A stretch of DNA of 64,000 nucleotides from Alphaproteobacteria bacterium (GTDB lineage: Bacteria > Pseudomonadota > Alphaproteobacteria > UBA828), in the NCBI GenBank assembly GCA_963422645.2, contig CAXXVO010000012.1:192001-256000 (forward strand). The letters are read 5' to 3'. Numbering within the stretch: position 1 is the stretch's first letter; each line of letters begins with the position of its first letter. This document shows, one piece after another, positions 32,969-42,431 of the stretch. Position numbers and translations under genes: made by a program. Under the pieces are notes generated by a model. The model did no database searches. It saw nothing but the letters and a program-made list of their open reading frames with translations, and had not been told where the DNA came from.

Positions 32969-34147
32969 TTAGACGGCGATCTCGTCCACCTTGACCCAGC
33001 GCCGCTCGGCGTCCGAGACGATGCAGGCGTCGATCACGCGCTGGATCTCCGCAGCCCATCTGAAGTCCGGATAGGCCGGCTTGCCGGCGGCGACCGCCTC
33101 CATGAGGTCCTGCACCTCCATCACCTTGAAGTCGTTGTAGCCGGAGCCCATTCCCGCAACCGGAAAGAACGCCGCGTAGTTGGGGTCATGCGGCCCCATC
33201 GAGATGTGCTTGAAGCCCCTCGTGGCCTGATCGCCCTCCTCCTTGTAGACCTGCAGGTCGTTGATGTGGTCGTAGAAGTAGCGGATCCCGCCCTCGGTGC
33301 CGGTCAGCTCGTAGCCGATATCCATGCGCTTGCCCATCGACACGCGGCTCATCTCCATGTGTCCGTTGAGGCCGCCCGATGTCTTGAACATCACGGTCGC
33401 AAGGTCGTCGGTCTCCACCGGCACCATCGGCCCGCCGCCGTCCCCGCGGACGCTGAGGCTGACGCCGGCCTCCGTCGGCGGCGCCGGGCGCTCGGGGATG
33501 ATGATCTCGAGGTTGCACATCACCTCGTCCACCTGCTGGTTCACGAGGTGGGTCAGGAAGGCGAAGCAGTGGGCGCCGATATCGCTGATGACGCCGGAGC
33601 CAGCCCGCGCCTTGTCGTTGCGCCAGGAGAAGGGAATTTCCGGCTTGGCCAGGAAGTCGCCGCAGAACGTTCCGCGGTAATAGGTGGGCACCCCGATCTC
33701 GCCGTCCCCAACCAGCCGCCGGGCGAGGGTCTGGACCGGATTCTTGATGTAGTTGAAGCCGACCATCGTGATGACGCCCGCCTTCTCGGCCGCCTCCGCC
33801 ATTGCGAACGACGACTTGGTGTCGTTCGAGAGCGGCTTCTCGCAATAGATGTGCTTGCCGGCGGCGACGGCGGCCAGCGCGATTTCGGGATGGAGATCGT
33901 TCGGGGTGTTGATGTCGACGATGTCGACGTCGGGATCGTTGACGACGTCGCGCCAGTCCGCCGTATGGCGGCGGAAGCCGAGTTCCCGCGCCGACCGGCT
34001 CGCGATCTCCTCGTTCACGTCGGCAAGCACCTCGAGCACGGGAACCGCCGGCTTGCCGCCGAATGCGAGCGGCTGGGCGCGGTAGCAGAGGGCGTGGGCC
34101 TTGCCCATCCAGCCAGCGCCTATGAGTCCGATCTTCAACTCTCGCAT
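32969..34147 (-). CDS. Gfo/Idh/MocA family oxidoreductase
   Basis: GAGWMG, CEKP, GFNY and DIGAH. Confidence 0.9.
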   Translation of the reverse strand: MRELKIGLIGAGWMGKAHALCYRAQPLAFGGKPAVPVLEVLADVNEEIASRSARELGFRRHTADWRDVVNDPDVDIVDINTPNDLHPEIALAAVAAGKHIYCEKPLSNDTKSSFAMAEAAEKAGVITMVGFNYIKNPVQTLARRLVGDGEIGVPTYYRGTFCGDFLAKPEIPFSWRNDKARAGSGVISDIGAHCFAFLTHLVNQQVDEVMCNLEIIIPERPAPPTEAGVSLSVRGDGGGPMVPVETDDLATVMFKTSGGLNGHMEMSRVSMGKRMDIGYELTGTEGGIRYFYDHINDLQVYKEEGDQATRGFKHISMGPHDPNYAAFFPVAGMGSGYNDFKVMEVQDLMEAVAAGKPAYPDFRWAAEIQRVIDACIVSDAERRWVKVDEIAV

Positions 34148-34488
34148 GAGTCCATCCAATCCAATGATAATTCGTCGGCCGACAGGGCCTTGAGGGGAGC
34201 AACGAAGGGGGCGCCCAAGCCGGGGACCCGCGCCGCAGCGGCATCCTATCAAGCGCCCCGAATCCAGGCCAGCGTCGCCCGGCGATGGAACAATTCACGC
34301 CGAAACGGTCGAGCCAAGAGCCTTCGCGTCGGTGAGCGAGCGGCCGGCGAATGGCGCTGGCCTTGGCACCTGCGATCGGTCACCATGCCGCGCAGCGCAG
34401 ACCCCGGCGGCGCAACGATCGTCCGCGCGTGCCAGGGAGGGCAAATGATGCGCCGCGCCAAGCGGCGCCGATAGCGAGGGAGAGACAC

Positions 34489-35250
34489 ATGGATCTCGGT
34501 TTGAAAGGCAGGAAGTCGCTGGTGACCGGCGGCACCAAGGGTATTGGCCGCGCGATCGCGAACGAGCTCGCGGCAGAGGGCGCCGATGTCGCGATCTGCG
34601 CGCGCACCGAGGCCGATGTGGAGGAGGCGGTCTCCGCGCTTGCCGCGACCGGCGTGCGCGCCTCGGGCCGCACGCTCGATGTCGGCGATGGGCCGGCCGT
34701 GCGCCAGTGGGTCGACGACGTCGCCGCCGAGTTCGGCGGGCTCGATATCGTGGTGCCCAATGTCAGCGCGCTTGCGGCCAGCCCGGACCTGGAGTCCTGG
34801 CAGAAGGAATTCAATGTCGACATGATGCACACCGTCCATACGGTGGAGGCGGCGCTGCCGCATCTGGAGAAGTCGGACGCGGGCTCCATCGTGGTGATTT
34901 CGAGTGTCTCGGGTATCGAGATCGACTTCGCCGCCGGGCCCTACGGCGTCTTCAAGGCGGCGCTGATCCACTATTCCGCCGGGCTCAGCCGGCAGCTTGC
35001 GGCCAAGGGTATCCGCGCCAACTCGGTCTCGCCCGGCAACACTTATTTTGAGGGCGGCTTCTGGCAGGACATCGAAAAAGGCAATCCGGATCTGTTCAAT
35101 CTGGCCTTGAGCCTCAACAAGACCGGGCGCATGGCGACGGCCGAGGAGGTGGCCAACGCCACGGTGTTCCTCGCGAGCCCCAGGGCGAGCTTCATCACCG
35201 GCACCAACATCAAGGTGGACGGCGCGCTCACCAACGGCGTGCAGTACTGA
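34489..35250 (+). CDS. Short-chain dehydrogenase/reductase
   Basis: TGGTKGIG, YGVFK and NSVSPG. Confidence 0.9.
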   Translation: MDLGLKGRKSLVTGGTKGIGRAIANELAAEGADVAICARTEADVEEAVSALAATGVRASGRTLDVGDGPAVRQWVDDVAAEFGGLDIVVPNVSALAASPDLESWQKEFNVDMMHTVHTVEAALPHLEKSDAGSIVVISSVSGIEIDFAAGPYGVFKAALIHYSAGLSRQLAAKGIRANSVSPGNTYFEGGFWQDIEKGNPDLFNLALSLNKTGRMATAEEVANATVFLASPRASFITGTNIKVDGALTNGVQY

Positions 35251-35281
35251 GCCGATCCGGCGGCGATCGGGAGAGGCTGCG

Positions 35282-35752
35282 ATGGCGGACGCGGAGTGGA
35301 CGGTCTACCTCTCCGGCGAGATCCATAGCGACTGGCGCGATCGCATTCGCGCCGGGGCTGAGGCGCAGAGCCTCGACATCGCGTTCGTCTCGCCGGTGAC
35401 CGACCACGCGGCGAGCGACGATTGCGGGGTCGCCATCCTCGGCGCCGAGGAGCGGCCCTTCTGGAAGGACCACAAGGGCGCGCGGGTCAACGCCATCCGC
35501 AACCGCACCCTGATCCGGCGTGCGGATATCGTGGTCGTGCGCTTCGGCGACAAGTACCGGCAGTGGAACGCGGCCTTCGACGCCGGTTACGCCGCCGCGC
35601 TGGACAAGCCGATCATCACGCTGCACGAGCCTGCGCTCACCCATGCCCTGAAGGAGGTGGACGGTGCCGCGCTCGCCGTCGCCGGGACGCCGGAGCAGGT
35701 GGTCGAGCTGCTGCGCTACGCGATGACCGGCACGCTCCCGTCCGCCGCGTAG
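35282..35752 (+). CDS. YtoQ family protein
   Basis: VYLSGEIHSDWR and YRQWNAAFDAG. Confidence 0.85.
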   Translation: MADAEWTVYLSGEIHSDWRDRIRAGAEAQSLDIAFVSPVTDHAASDDCGVAILGAEERPFWKDHKGARVNAIRNRTLIRRADIVVVRFGDKYRQWNAAFDAGYAAALDKPIITLHEPALTHALKEVDGAALAVAGTPEQVVELLRYAMTGTLPSAA

Positions 35753-35764
35753 AGGAGCTCCCTC

Positions 35765-36226
35765 ATGCCCAAGATCGACTTAGACCGGGTACCGGCCAAG
35801 GCCGGGTCGGGTTATCCGCCGCCCTTCAAGGCGATGGCGGAGGGGCGCATCAAGCAGGCTTTGGGCGATGCGGGCGGACTGACCCAGTTCGGGGTCAATC
35901 TCACACGCTTGCCGCCGGGTGCTGCGACCGCGCAGCGCCACTGGCACGAGACCGAGGACGAGCTGGTCTTCGTCGTCTCGGGCGAGCTGGTCCTGATCGA
36001 GGAGGGCGGCGAAACCCCGCTCGGGGCGGGGGAGGCGGCGGCCTTCAAGGCCGGCCACGCCGATGGCCATTATCTGCTGAACCGCTCGGCGGAGGATGCG
36101 GTGGTGCTGGAAATCGGGACCCGTGCCAGCGACGAGCGCTGCCACTATCCCGATATCGACCTGGTCTACGAGAAGCGTGGCGGTGGGATCCGCTTCACCA
36201 ACAAGGCGGGCGAGCCCTACGACTGA
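35765..36226 (+). CDS. Cupin domain protein
   Basis: LGDAGGLTQFGVN, RHWH..EDE and YPDID. Confidence 0.85.
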   Translation: MPKIDLDRVPAKAGSGYPPPFKAMAEGRIKQALGDAGGLTQFGVNLTRLPPGAATAQRHWHETEDELVFVVSGELVLIEEGGETPLGAGEAAAFKAGHADGHYLLNRSAEDAVVLEIGTRASDERCHYPDIDLVYEKRGGGIRFTNKAGEPYD

Positions 36227-36250
36227 TCGGCGCCGGGGCGCATTCCCGGA

Positions 36251-38146
36251 CTATTCTTCGATGGCCGGCCGGTAGGTTCCGAAATTCCAGAGGTGCCCTT
36301 CGGGATCGCGCGCCGAGAAGTCGCGCGAGCCGTAGGGCGTGTCCTCCAGCTCGCGGACGATTTCGGCACCGGCCTCGACGGCGCGGGCGTAGTGGGCGTC
36401 CGTATCCTCGACCACGATATAGATCGACTGCGTGACGCCGCCGAGGTCGCAGGGCGTCTGCATTTTCAGCTCGTCGTCTCGTATCGAGCCCACCATGACC
36501 ATGCCGCCATCGAACGCGAGCTGGGCGTGGGCGATGGTGTCGTCCGGGCCCGGCACGACCATGATCTCGGTGAAGCCGAAGGCCTCCTTGAGCCAGACGA
36601 TCGCCGCAGGCGCGTCGCGGTAGCTGAGGCATGGAATGACGGTGGGGGCGTGCTCGGCCATGGCGGCATCCTTCATGCTCTGGAGTAGAGGGTGCTCGAC
36701 GGGGAGGTCAGCGTCGGCCTCATCCTTATCCTCTGGAGCCGGCGGCGGAGGCTCATCCTCCATCTCCTCCGGAGGTGCGGGCTCTTCCTCCGTCTCTGGA
36801 GGTGCGGGCTGGACCTCGGCTTCGGCCAGTGTGGTCTCCGGGCAGCGCGTGTTTCGCCGGCTTGGCGGGCCCAAGGCGAGAAACGCGTCGCGCGGGAGCC
36901 CGAAGGTCTGGTCGACCTCTTCCGCCACGTCGACCGTCTCAAAGGTGAGGGAGCCGTCTTCTTCCGTGACTTCGACGATGAAGGCGTCGGTCACGGCCTG
37001 GCGGTTCTCGTCGAGCGCGACCGGGCCGCCGAAGGGGGTATCGAAGCGAAGCTCCGCGAGCGCCTCGCGCAGGTCCTCGTGCCCATCGCCGAGGACGCCG
37101 TCGGTCTCTTCGAGGGCGAGGAGCAGCGCCTTGGTGTTGACGTAGTAGGCGAGCGCGAAGAGGCCCGGCATCTGGCCAGCGTCCGGGAAGCTTTCGCGAT
37201 AGCGAGTCGAGAACTCCTCCCACTCGTCGTTGTCGTCGCTCTCGGAGACGGGCAGCGCCGAAATCGCCCCCGTCAGCAAGGGCCGGGTGGCGTCGGCCGA
37301 GCGCAGGAGGTCGCCGCTCAGGGTTGTGGAGCTCGCCACGAGGGCGGCCTGCCCGCCGGCCTCGCCGTAGGCTTCGAGGAATCGCCGCGCCGCGCGTGGC
37401 TGCATGGCCAGGAACACGCCATCTGTCTCGCTTCGGGCGACCCTCTCGGCGAGGCGTGTGGTGTCGCTTGCGCCCGGTGAGACCCAGTGCCTGGCCAGCA
37501 GGCGGCCGCCCGCGGCGCAATAGTCCAGCACGAAGCCCATGAGCTGGGTGTAGGGCAGGGAGTAGTCCTCGCTGACCGTGACGATCGTTTCGATGTCTTT
37601 TTCTTCGTAGGCGTAGCGCCCGAGACCCCCGATCCACTGCATGCTGTCGGGATTGAAGCGGAAGAAGTTCTCGGCCGGCGCGCGCAGGGTGGCATCCTGG
37701 GCGGCCGAGGCGCCATTGATGAAGGTCACCTCCGGCACGCTCTTGGCGAAATCGCGGAGCGCGATGCCCTCAATCCCGGCGAGGGGGCCGATGACGATGC
37801 TGGCGCCGCCCTCGATCAGCAGGCGCGCCTTGGCGACCACGGATTCCGGGGTTCCGTCCGTGGACTCGATCATGGCCTCGATGGGCCGCTCGCCGTTGCT
37901 CTCCTCGTACTCCTTCATGGCCAGTTCGTGGCCGCGCAGGGCATCCTGCCCGAGCGGCTTGAACGCGCCCTCGAGCGTGGCGAGCACGCCGATTTTCAGG
38001 GTGTCGGTCTCGGCATTCGCCTGAATGCCGACCAGGAGCGAAACGGCGACCAGAACGACGCCTGCGATGCGGCGTGGTCCGCGCGGTGCGCGAGCGCGCA
38101 CTCGCCCCAGGCGCCCGCTCTCCGAGCGTGGCGGCGCCTTCGTCAC
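36251..38146 (-). CDS. Branched-chain amino-acid-type ABC solute-binding protein in one frame with a C-terminal VOC/glyoxalase domain (VOC ATG at 36661)
   Basis: Signal peptide, LKIGVL...GPLAG and a Pro/Glu linker, then YRDAPAAI.WL..AFGF and YGSRDF..RDPEGHLW. Confidence 0.75.
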   Translation of the reverse strand: MTKAPPRSESGRLGRVRARAPRGPRRIAGVVLVAVSLLVGIQANAETDTLKIGVLATLEGAFKPLGQDALRGHELAMKEYEESNGERPIEAMIESTDGTPESVVAKARLLIEGGASIVIGPLAGIEGIALRDFAKSVPEVTFINGASAAQDATLRAPAENFFRFNPDSMQWIGGLGRYAYEEKDIETIVTVSEDYSLPYTQLMGFVLDYCAAGGRLLARHWVSPGASDTTRLAERVARSETDGVFLAMQPRAARRFLEAYGEAGGQAALVASSTTLSGDLLRSADATRPLLTGAISALPVSESDDNDEWEEFSTRYRESFPDAGQMPGLFALAYYVNTKALLLALEETDGVLGDGHEDLREALAELRFDTPFGGPVALDENRQAVTDAFIVEVTEEDGSLTFETVDVAEEVDQTFGLPRDAFLALGPPSRRNTRCPETTLAEAEVQPAPPETEEEPAPPEEMEDEPPPPAPEDKDEADADLPVEHPLLQSMKDAAMAEHAPTVIPCLSYRDAPAAIVWLKEAFGFTEIMVVPGPDDTIAHAQLAFDGGMVMVGSIRDDELKMQTPCDLGGVTQSIYIVVEDTDAHYARAVEAGAEIVRELEDTPYGSRDFSARDPEGHLWNFGTYRPAIEE

Positions 38147-38512
38147 GCTGTGCCAATCATGCTAACGTGTTCGCAACCCGCTGTATTCGAGCAACTGCCG
38201 TGCGTATCGCGTCGCGCGCGGCGCCGCCGCAAGACCTTATAGCGGCCCGCACCGGCCATGGCCATGCGCGCGTCGCTGCTGGTCTGGCGGCCACGCCACA
38301 CGAAGTCGCGACCTTCATGCGCCGAGGGAGTGAGGCTCTCGGAACAGGCGGGCGCCCCGCGTCCGATGGCGGAAGAGGCAACCCGGACGCTGGCGGCTCT
38401 CCGATTCCACGGGTGACCGTCGTGGCCGCAGGGTCTAGGCTACAAATCAGCGGGCTGTCGGCGAAGGGCGCGAGGCGCCGCGGCTGACGCCTAACCCAGG
38501 GAGGAAGCAATC

Positions 38513-39811
38513 ATGGCAAAGACCACGGAGCATCGGAAGCAGGGACCGAGCCGGCGCTCGATTCTCAAAGGCGCTGCCGCAGTGGCCGGCGTCGCGGCCG
38601 GCACGAAGGCGCTCGGCGGATTTCCCACGGTCTGGGCGCAAGATACCAAAGACATCGTGATCAACCATTCGGGCATGTCGTATTCGACGATCATCCAGAT
38701 CGCCGAGCAGGCGACGGTGGATCTGCCCTTCTCGGTGGAGATGGCCGTCACCGATCACGCCGGCATGCTCAACCGGCTGACGACGCAGTCCGATTCGATC
38801 GATGTCGCCGACATCGAGCTCTGGATGCGGGTCATCACCGTGCCGCGCGGCATCTACCAGGCAGTCGATCCTGCCAAGATCATGCACTGGGACAAGACGA
38901 CGTCGCTCTATCGGGAAGGCACGTTCGACGGCAATCAGGTCTCGCGCCAGGGGGTCTCGCCCCATGAGGTGATGTATTTCGCCGATGCCGACGCCAATGC
39001 GCTTGCCGACGGCACCACCGATTACGCGACCATGACCCCCGGCGTGTTCAATGCCGATACGCTCGGCATCCAGCCGGTTGAGATCGGCCGTCCGATCAAC
39101 AACTGGCACGAGCTCTTCAACGAGGAGTTCAGCGGCCGGGCGGCGGGGATGGATATTCCGCCGATCATGATCATGGACGCTGCGCTCGCCATCGAATCGA
39201 CCGGCGAATACACCTATGCCGACAAGGGCAACATGACCAAGGAAGAGATCACGATGACCGTGGACCGGCTCATCGATCTCAAGAAGAAGGGCCATTGGCG
39301 GTCCATGTGGGGCACCTTCGACCAGTCGGTGCAGTTGATGACCTCGGGCGAGGTGGTGATCCAGTCGATGTGGTCGCCGGCCGTGACGGCGGTGCGCGCC
39401 GCAGGCGTGCCCTGCGTCTACCAGCCGCTCGCCGAGGGCTATCGCGGCTGGGGCAACGGCCTCAGCCTGATGAGCCACCTCGAGGGCAAGAGGCTCGGCG
39501 CGGCCTACGACTACCTCAACTGGTACTACGACGGCTGGATGGGCGCCTTCATCGCCAAGCAGGGCTACTATCTCGGCGTCTCGGAGACCGCCAAGGCCTT
39601 CATGCAGCCCTTCGAGTGGGATTACTGGTACGAGGGCAAGCCGGCGGCCGATACCATCAACGATCCCTACGGCAACCCGATGGAGAAGGCGGGGCACGTC
39701 CGCGACGGCGGCTCGTTCTCCAATCGCTTCGGCAACATGGCGTGCTGGAACACGCTGATGGATAACCAGCAGTTCCTGCTCAAGAAGTGGACAGAGTTGC
39801 AGACGGCCTGA
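38513..39811 (+). CDS. Tat-exported ABC solute-binding protein (PotD/PotF-like)
   Basis: SRRSILK twin-arginine signal, GEVVIQSMWS and EGYRGW. Confidence 0.85.
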   Translation: MAKTTEHRKQGPSRRSILKGAAAVAGVAAGTKALGGFPTVWAQDTKDIVINHSGMSYSTIIQIAEQATVDLPFSVEMAVTDHAGMLNRLTTQSDSIDVADIELWMRVITVPRGIYQAVDPAKIMHWDKTTSLYREGTFDGNQVSRQGVSPHEVMYFADADANALADGTTDYATMTPGVFNADTLGIQPVEIGRPINNWHELFNEEFSGRAAGMDIPPIMIMDAALAIESTGEYTYADKGNMTKEEITMTVDRLIDLKKKGHWRSMWGTFDQSVQLMTSGEVVIQSMWSPAVTAVRAAGVPCVYQPLAEGYRGWGNGLSLMSHLEGKRLGAAYDYLNWYYDGWMGAFIAKQGYYLGVSETAKAFMQPFEWDYWYEGKPAADTINDPYGNPMEKAGHVRDGGSFSNRFGNMACWNTLMDNQQFLLKKWTELQTA

Positions 39812-39827
39812 ACGGCCTTATCCCTGC

Positions 39828-39855
39828 GGGCGGGGCCGCCATTCCGGCCCCGCCC
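39828..39855 (+). terminator. Intra-operon stem-loop after the solute-binding protein gene (attenuator or mRNA stabiliser)
   Basis: 11-bp stem GGGCGGGGCCG/CGGCCCCGCCC followed by a pyrimidine run. Confidence 0.55.
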
Positions 39856-39887
39856 CCTCCTTTCACCCGATTGGATTCGGTCTCGCG

Positions 39888-40763
39888 ATGAGCAATGGCA
39901 CCGGCGGGAAGCGGCAGCCCTTCGTGCGGGTGGCCCCGCTCAGCCTTGCGCTGGGGGTGTTCTTCGTCGTGCCGCTGGGCGTTCTGGTGGCGGTCAGCTT
40001 CTTCGAGAGCGACATGATCTTTGGCATGAGGCCTGCGCTCACGCCGGAGAGCTACATTGAGCTGTTCACCACCATGAACACGCTCTGGCTCTATCTCAGC
40101 ACCCTCAAGTTCGCGGCGATCGTCTGGGCGGTTACGCTGCTCATCGGCTTCACCATCGCCTACTTCCTGGTGTTCCACGTCCGCTCTCTGTTGATCGCGA
40201 TCGGGCTCTTCCTGCTTTGCACCGTGCCCTTCTGGACCTCGAACATCATCAGAATGATCTCGTGGATCCCGCTTCTGGGGAAGCAGGGGCTGGTCAATCA
40301 GGCGCTGATGGGTCTCGGCATCGTCGACGACCCGGTGGAGTGGCTGCTCTTCTCCGACTTCTCGGTAGTGGTGAGCTACGTCCACCTTTTCACGCTCTTC
40401 ATGATCGTCCCGATCTTCAACTCGATGGCGCGCATCGACAAGGCGCTGATCGAGGCGGCGCGGGACGCAGGCGCAAGCTCTTTGCGCATCATGTGGGAGG
40501 TCATCGTTCCGCTTTCTCGCAGCGGCATCGCGCTCGGCTCGATCTTTGTCATCGTGCTGGTGATGGGCGACTTCTTCATCATCAAGGTGATGAGCGGCGG
40601 GCAGAGCGCCTCGGTCGTCTCCGCCATCTTCGAGGACATTAACGTCCTGCTCTATCCGTCTGCCTCGGCGAGCGCGGTGGTGCTGCTGATCGTCGTCGTG
40701 ATGATGGTGATGGGCGTGCTGCGGGTGGTCAACATCCGCAGGGAGCTGGCGGGCAGCACGTAG
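39888..40763 (+). CDS. ABC transporter permease (PotB-like)
   Basis: PFWTS motif, EAARDAGA loop and TM helices. Confidence 0.9.
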   Translation: MSNGTGGKRQPFVRVAPLSLALGVFFVVPLGVLVAVSFFESDMIFGMRPALTPESYIELFTTMNTLWLYLSTLKFAAIVWAVTLLIGFTIAYFLVFHVRSLLIAIGLFLLCTVPFWTSNIIRMISWIPLLGKQGLVNQALMGLGIVDDPVEWLLFSDFSVVVSYVHLFTLFMIVPIFNSMARIDKALIEAARDAGASSLRIMWEVIVPLSRSGIALGSIFVIVLVMGDFFIIKVMSGGQSASVVSAIFEDINVLLYPSASASAVVLLIVVVMMVMGVLRVVNIRRELAGST

Positions 40764-40773
40764 GAGAGGGGGC

Positions 40774-41628
40774 ATGGCGCGATCATCAACGACCCATAAG
40801 CCCAGGCCCTGGACCTTCTATCCGCTGGCGGCGTTCTTCGGCCTCTTCGTGCTCTTCCTCTACGGGCCGATGTTCTGCATCTACATCCTCTCGTTCCAGG
40901 GACCGAATGCCTCGCTGGTCTTCCCCATGCAGGGCGTCTCGGTGCACTGGTTCGATGCGCTCTTCGGCCAGGCGCGCACCGGCGATGTCGGCGGCGCGTT
41001 CGCACGCTCGTTGCCGCTCGCGCTCATCATCCTCGCGGTCACCGTGCTCTTCTCGGTGGCGGCTGGATTGGCGTTCCGCGCGCGCTTCTTCGGCAACTCC
41101 GTGATCTTCTACACGGCGATCGGAAGCCTCGTGGTGCCGGGCCTGGTACTCGGGGTCGGTATCACGTTGCTGCTCCAGCTCCTCGGCTGGAACGCCCACT
41201 GGTACTCCTCGGCGCTCGGCGCGCACCTGACCTGGACGCTGCCCTTCGGGCTGTTGATCATGTTTGCCGTGCTGAGCCGCTTCGACCCGCGCGTGGAAGA
41301 GGCGGCGCGCGACCTCGGCGCCAGCAACCTGCAATCCATGCGCTACGTGATGATCCCGATCCTGCTGCCGGGCATCATCGCGGTGGCGCTCTTCGGCTTC
41401 ACCCTCTCCTACGACGAGTTCCCGCGCAGCACCTTCACCGTTGGCGCGCGCAACACGCTGCCTTTGGAGATCTGGAGCATGACCACCAACGTCACCTCGC
41501 CGGCGCTTTATGCGCTCGGCACCGTGACGACGGCGATCTCCTTCTTCATCATCCTGATCTCGCTGACCGCCATCGGCTTGATCCAGCGGCGGCGGCAGCG
41601 CGCCCTGCGGCAGGGGCCCAGAGCTTAG
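40774..41628 (+). CDS. ABC transporter permease (PotC-like)
   Basis: EEAARDLGA, FTLSYDEF and TLPL. Confidence 0.9.
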   Translation: MARSSTTHKPRPWTFYPLAAFFGLFVLFLYGPMFCIYILSFQGPNASLVFPMQGVSVHWFDALFGQARTGDVGGAFARSLPLALIILAVTVLFSVAAGLAFRARFFGNSVIFYTAIGSLVVPGLVLGVGITLLLQLLGWNAHWYSSALGAHLTWTLPFGLLIMFAVLSRFDPRVEEAARDLGASNLQSMRYVMIPILLPGIIAVALFGFTLSYDEFPRSTFTVGARNTLPLEIWSMTTNVTSPALYALGTVTTAISFFIILISLTAIGLIQRRRQRALRQGPRA

Positions 41629-41734
41629 TGAGGTGATTCCGAGGCTCGGCTCTATCAGGTTGCGTACCACCGCATAACGTCATGGCCGGGGCGCGTCTGC
41701 GAACCGGCGTCAGCGTGGACGAGGACTCTCTGAT

Positions 41735-41759
41735 GTGCTACATTGTAGCCCAATAGCAC
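41735..41759. promoter_or_regulatory. Palindromic operator upstream of the relB/dinJ-like gene
   Basis: GCTACA-T-TGTAGC (41737-41749) nested in GTGCTA...TAGCAC. Confidence 0.55.
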
Positions 41760-41777
41760 GTCCTTGAGGATCGGATC

Positions 41778-42035
41778 ATGAACACGGTCGTCCGCGCCCG
41801 TATAGACGAAAAGACCAAGGACGAGGCCGCTGCCGTGCTGGCCGCGATCGGCCTTACAGTGTCCGACGCTTTTCGCTTGATGATGGTGCGGATCGCCGCT
41901 GAGAAGCGACTGCCCTTCGAGCCCCTTGTGCCCAATGACGAGACGATCGAAGCCATGAGAGCTGCTCGGCGCGGCGACTTGATCACCGTCGGCGGCGTGT
42001 CTGAGCTAATGGCCGATCTGAATGCGGACGATTAG
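41778..42035 (+). CDS. RelB/DinJ family antitoxin
   Basis: VRARID..K..A..VL..IGL..SDA and LPF..PN..T..A motifs. Confidence 0.9.
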   Translation: MNTVVRARIDEKTKDEAAAVLAAIGLTVSDAFRLMMVRIAAEKRLPFEPLVPNDETIEAMRAARRGDLITVGGVSELMADLNADD

Positions 42036-42303
42036 ACGGACCGCTGCATTCAAACGAGACTACGGACGCGAGAAGAAGGGCCGCTTCGCCAAGACCCTCG
42101 ACCTTGAGGTCAAGAACGTTGTAGCCGATTTGGCAGCCGATCGGCCCCTGCCGCGACGTCATCACGATCACGCGTTGACCGGGCCGTGGAAGGACCATCG
42201 CGACTGCCACGTTCGGCCCGATCTGGTCTTGATCTATCGCAAGCCGGATACCCACCATCTCGACCTTGTACGACTGGGCTCCCACAGCGAGCTCGGTCTC
42301 TGA
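42022..42303 (+). CDS. YafQ family mRNA interferase toxin
   Basis: FKRD, DHALTG.W, RDCHVRPDLVLIY and RLGSHSEL. Confidence 0.9.
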   Translation: MRTIRRTAAFKRDYGREKKGRFAKTLDLEVKNVVADLAADRPLPRRHHDHALTGPWKDHRDCHVRPDLVLIYRKPDTHHLDLVRLGSHSELGL

Positions 42304-42431
42304 CCGGAGCGGTCTTCGGGTGCAACGAGTGCTCTCTCGATGGATCCGGTATTCGGGTGTTGGAGCAGGGCGCCGATGGTGGAGAGGGCGAGGCCCTTCG
42401 ACATCGCGAGGGCCTGTTATAATACTGCCCC

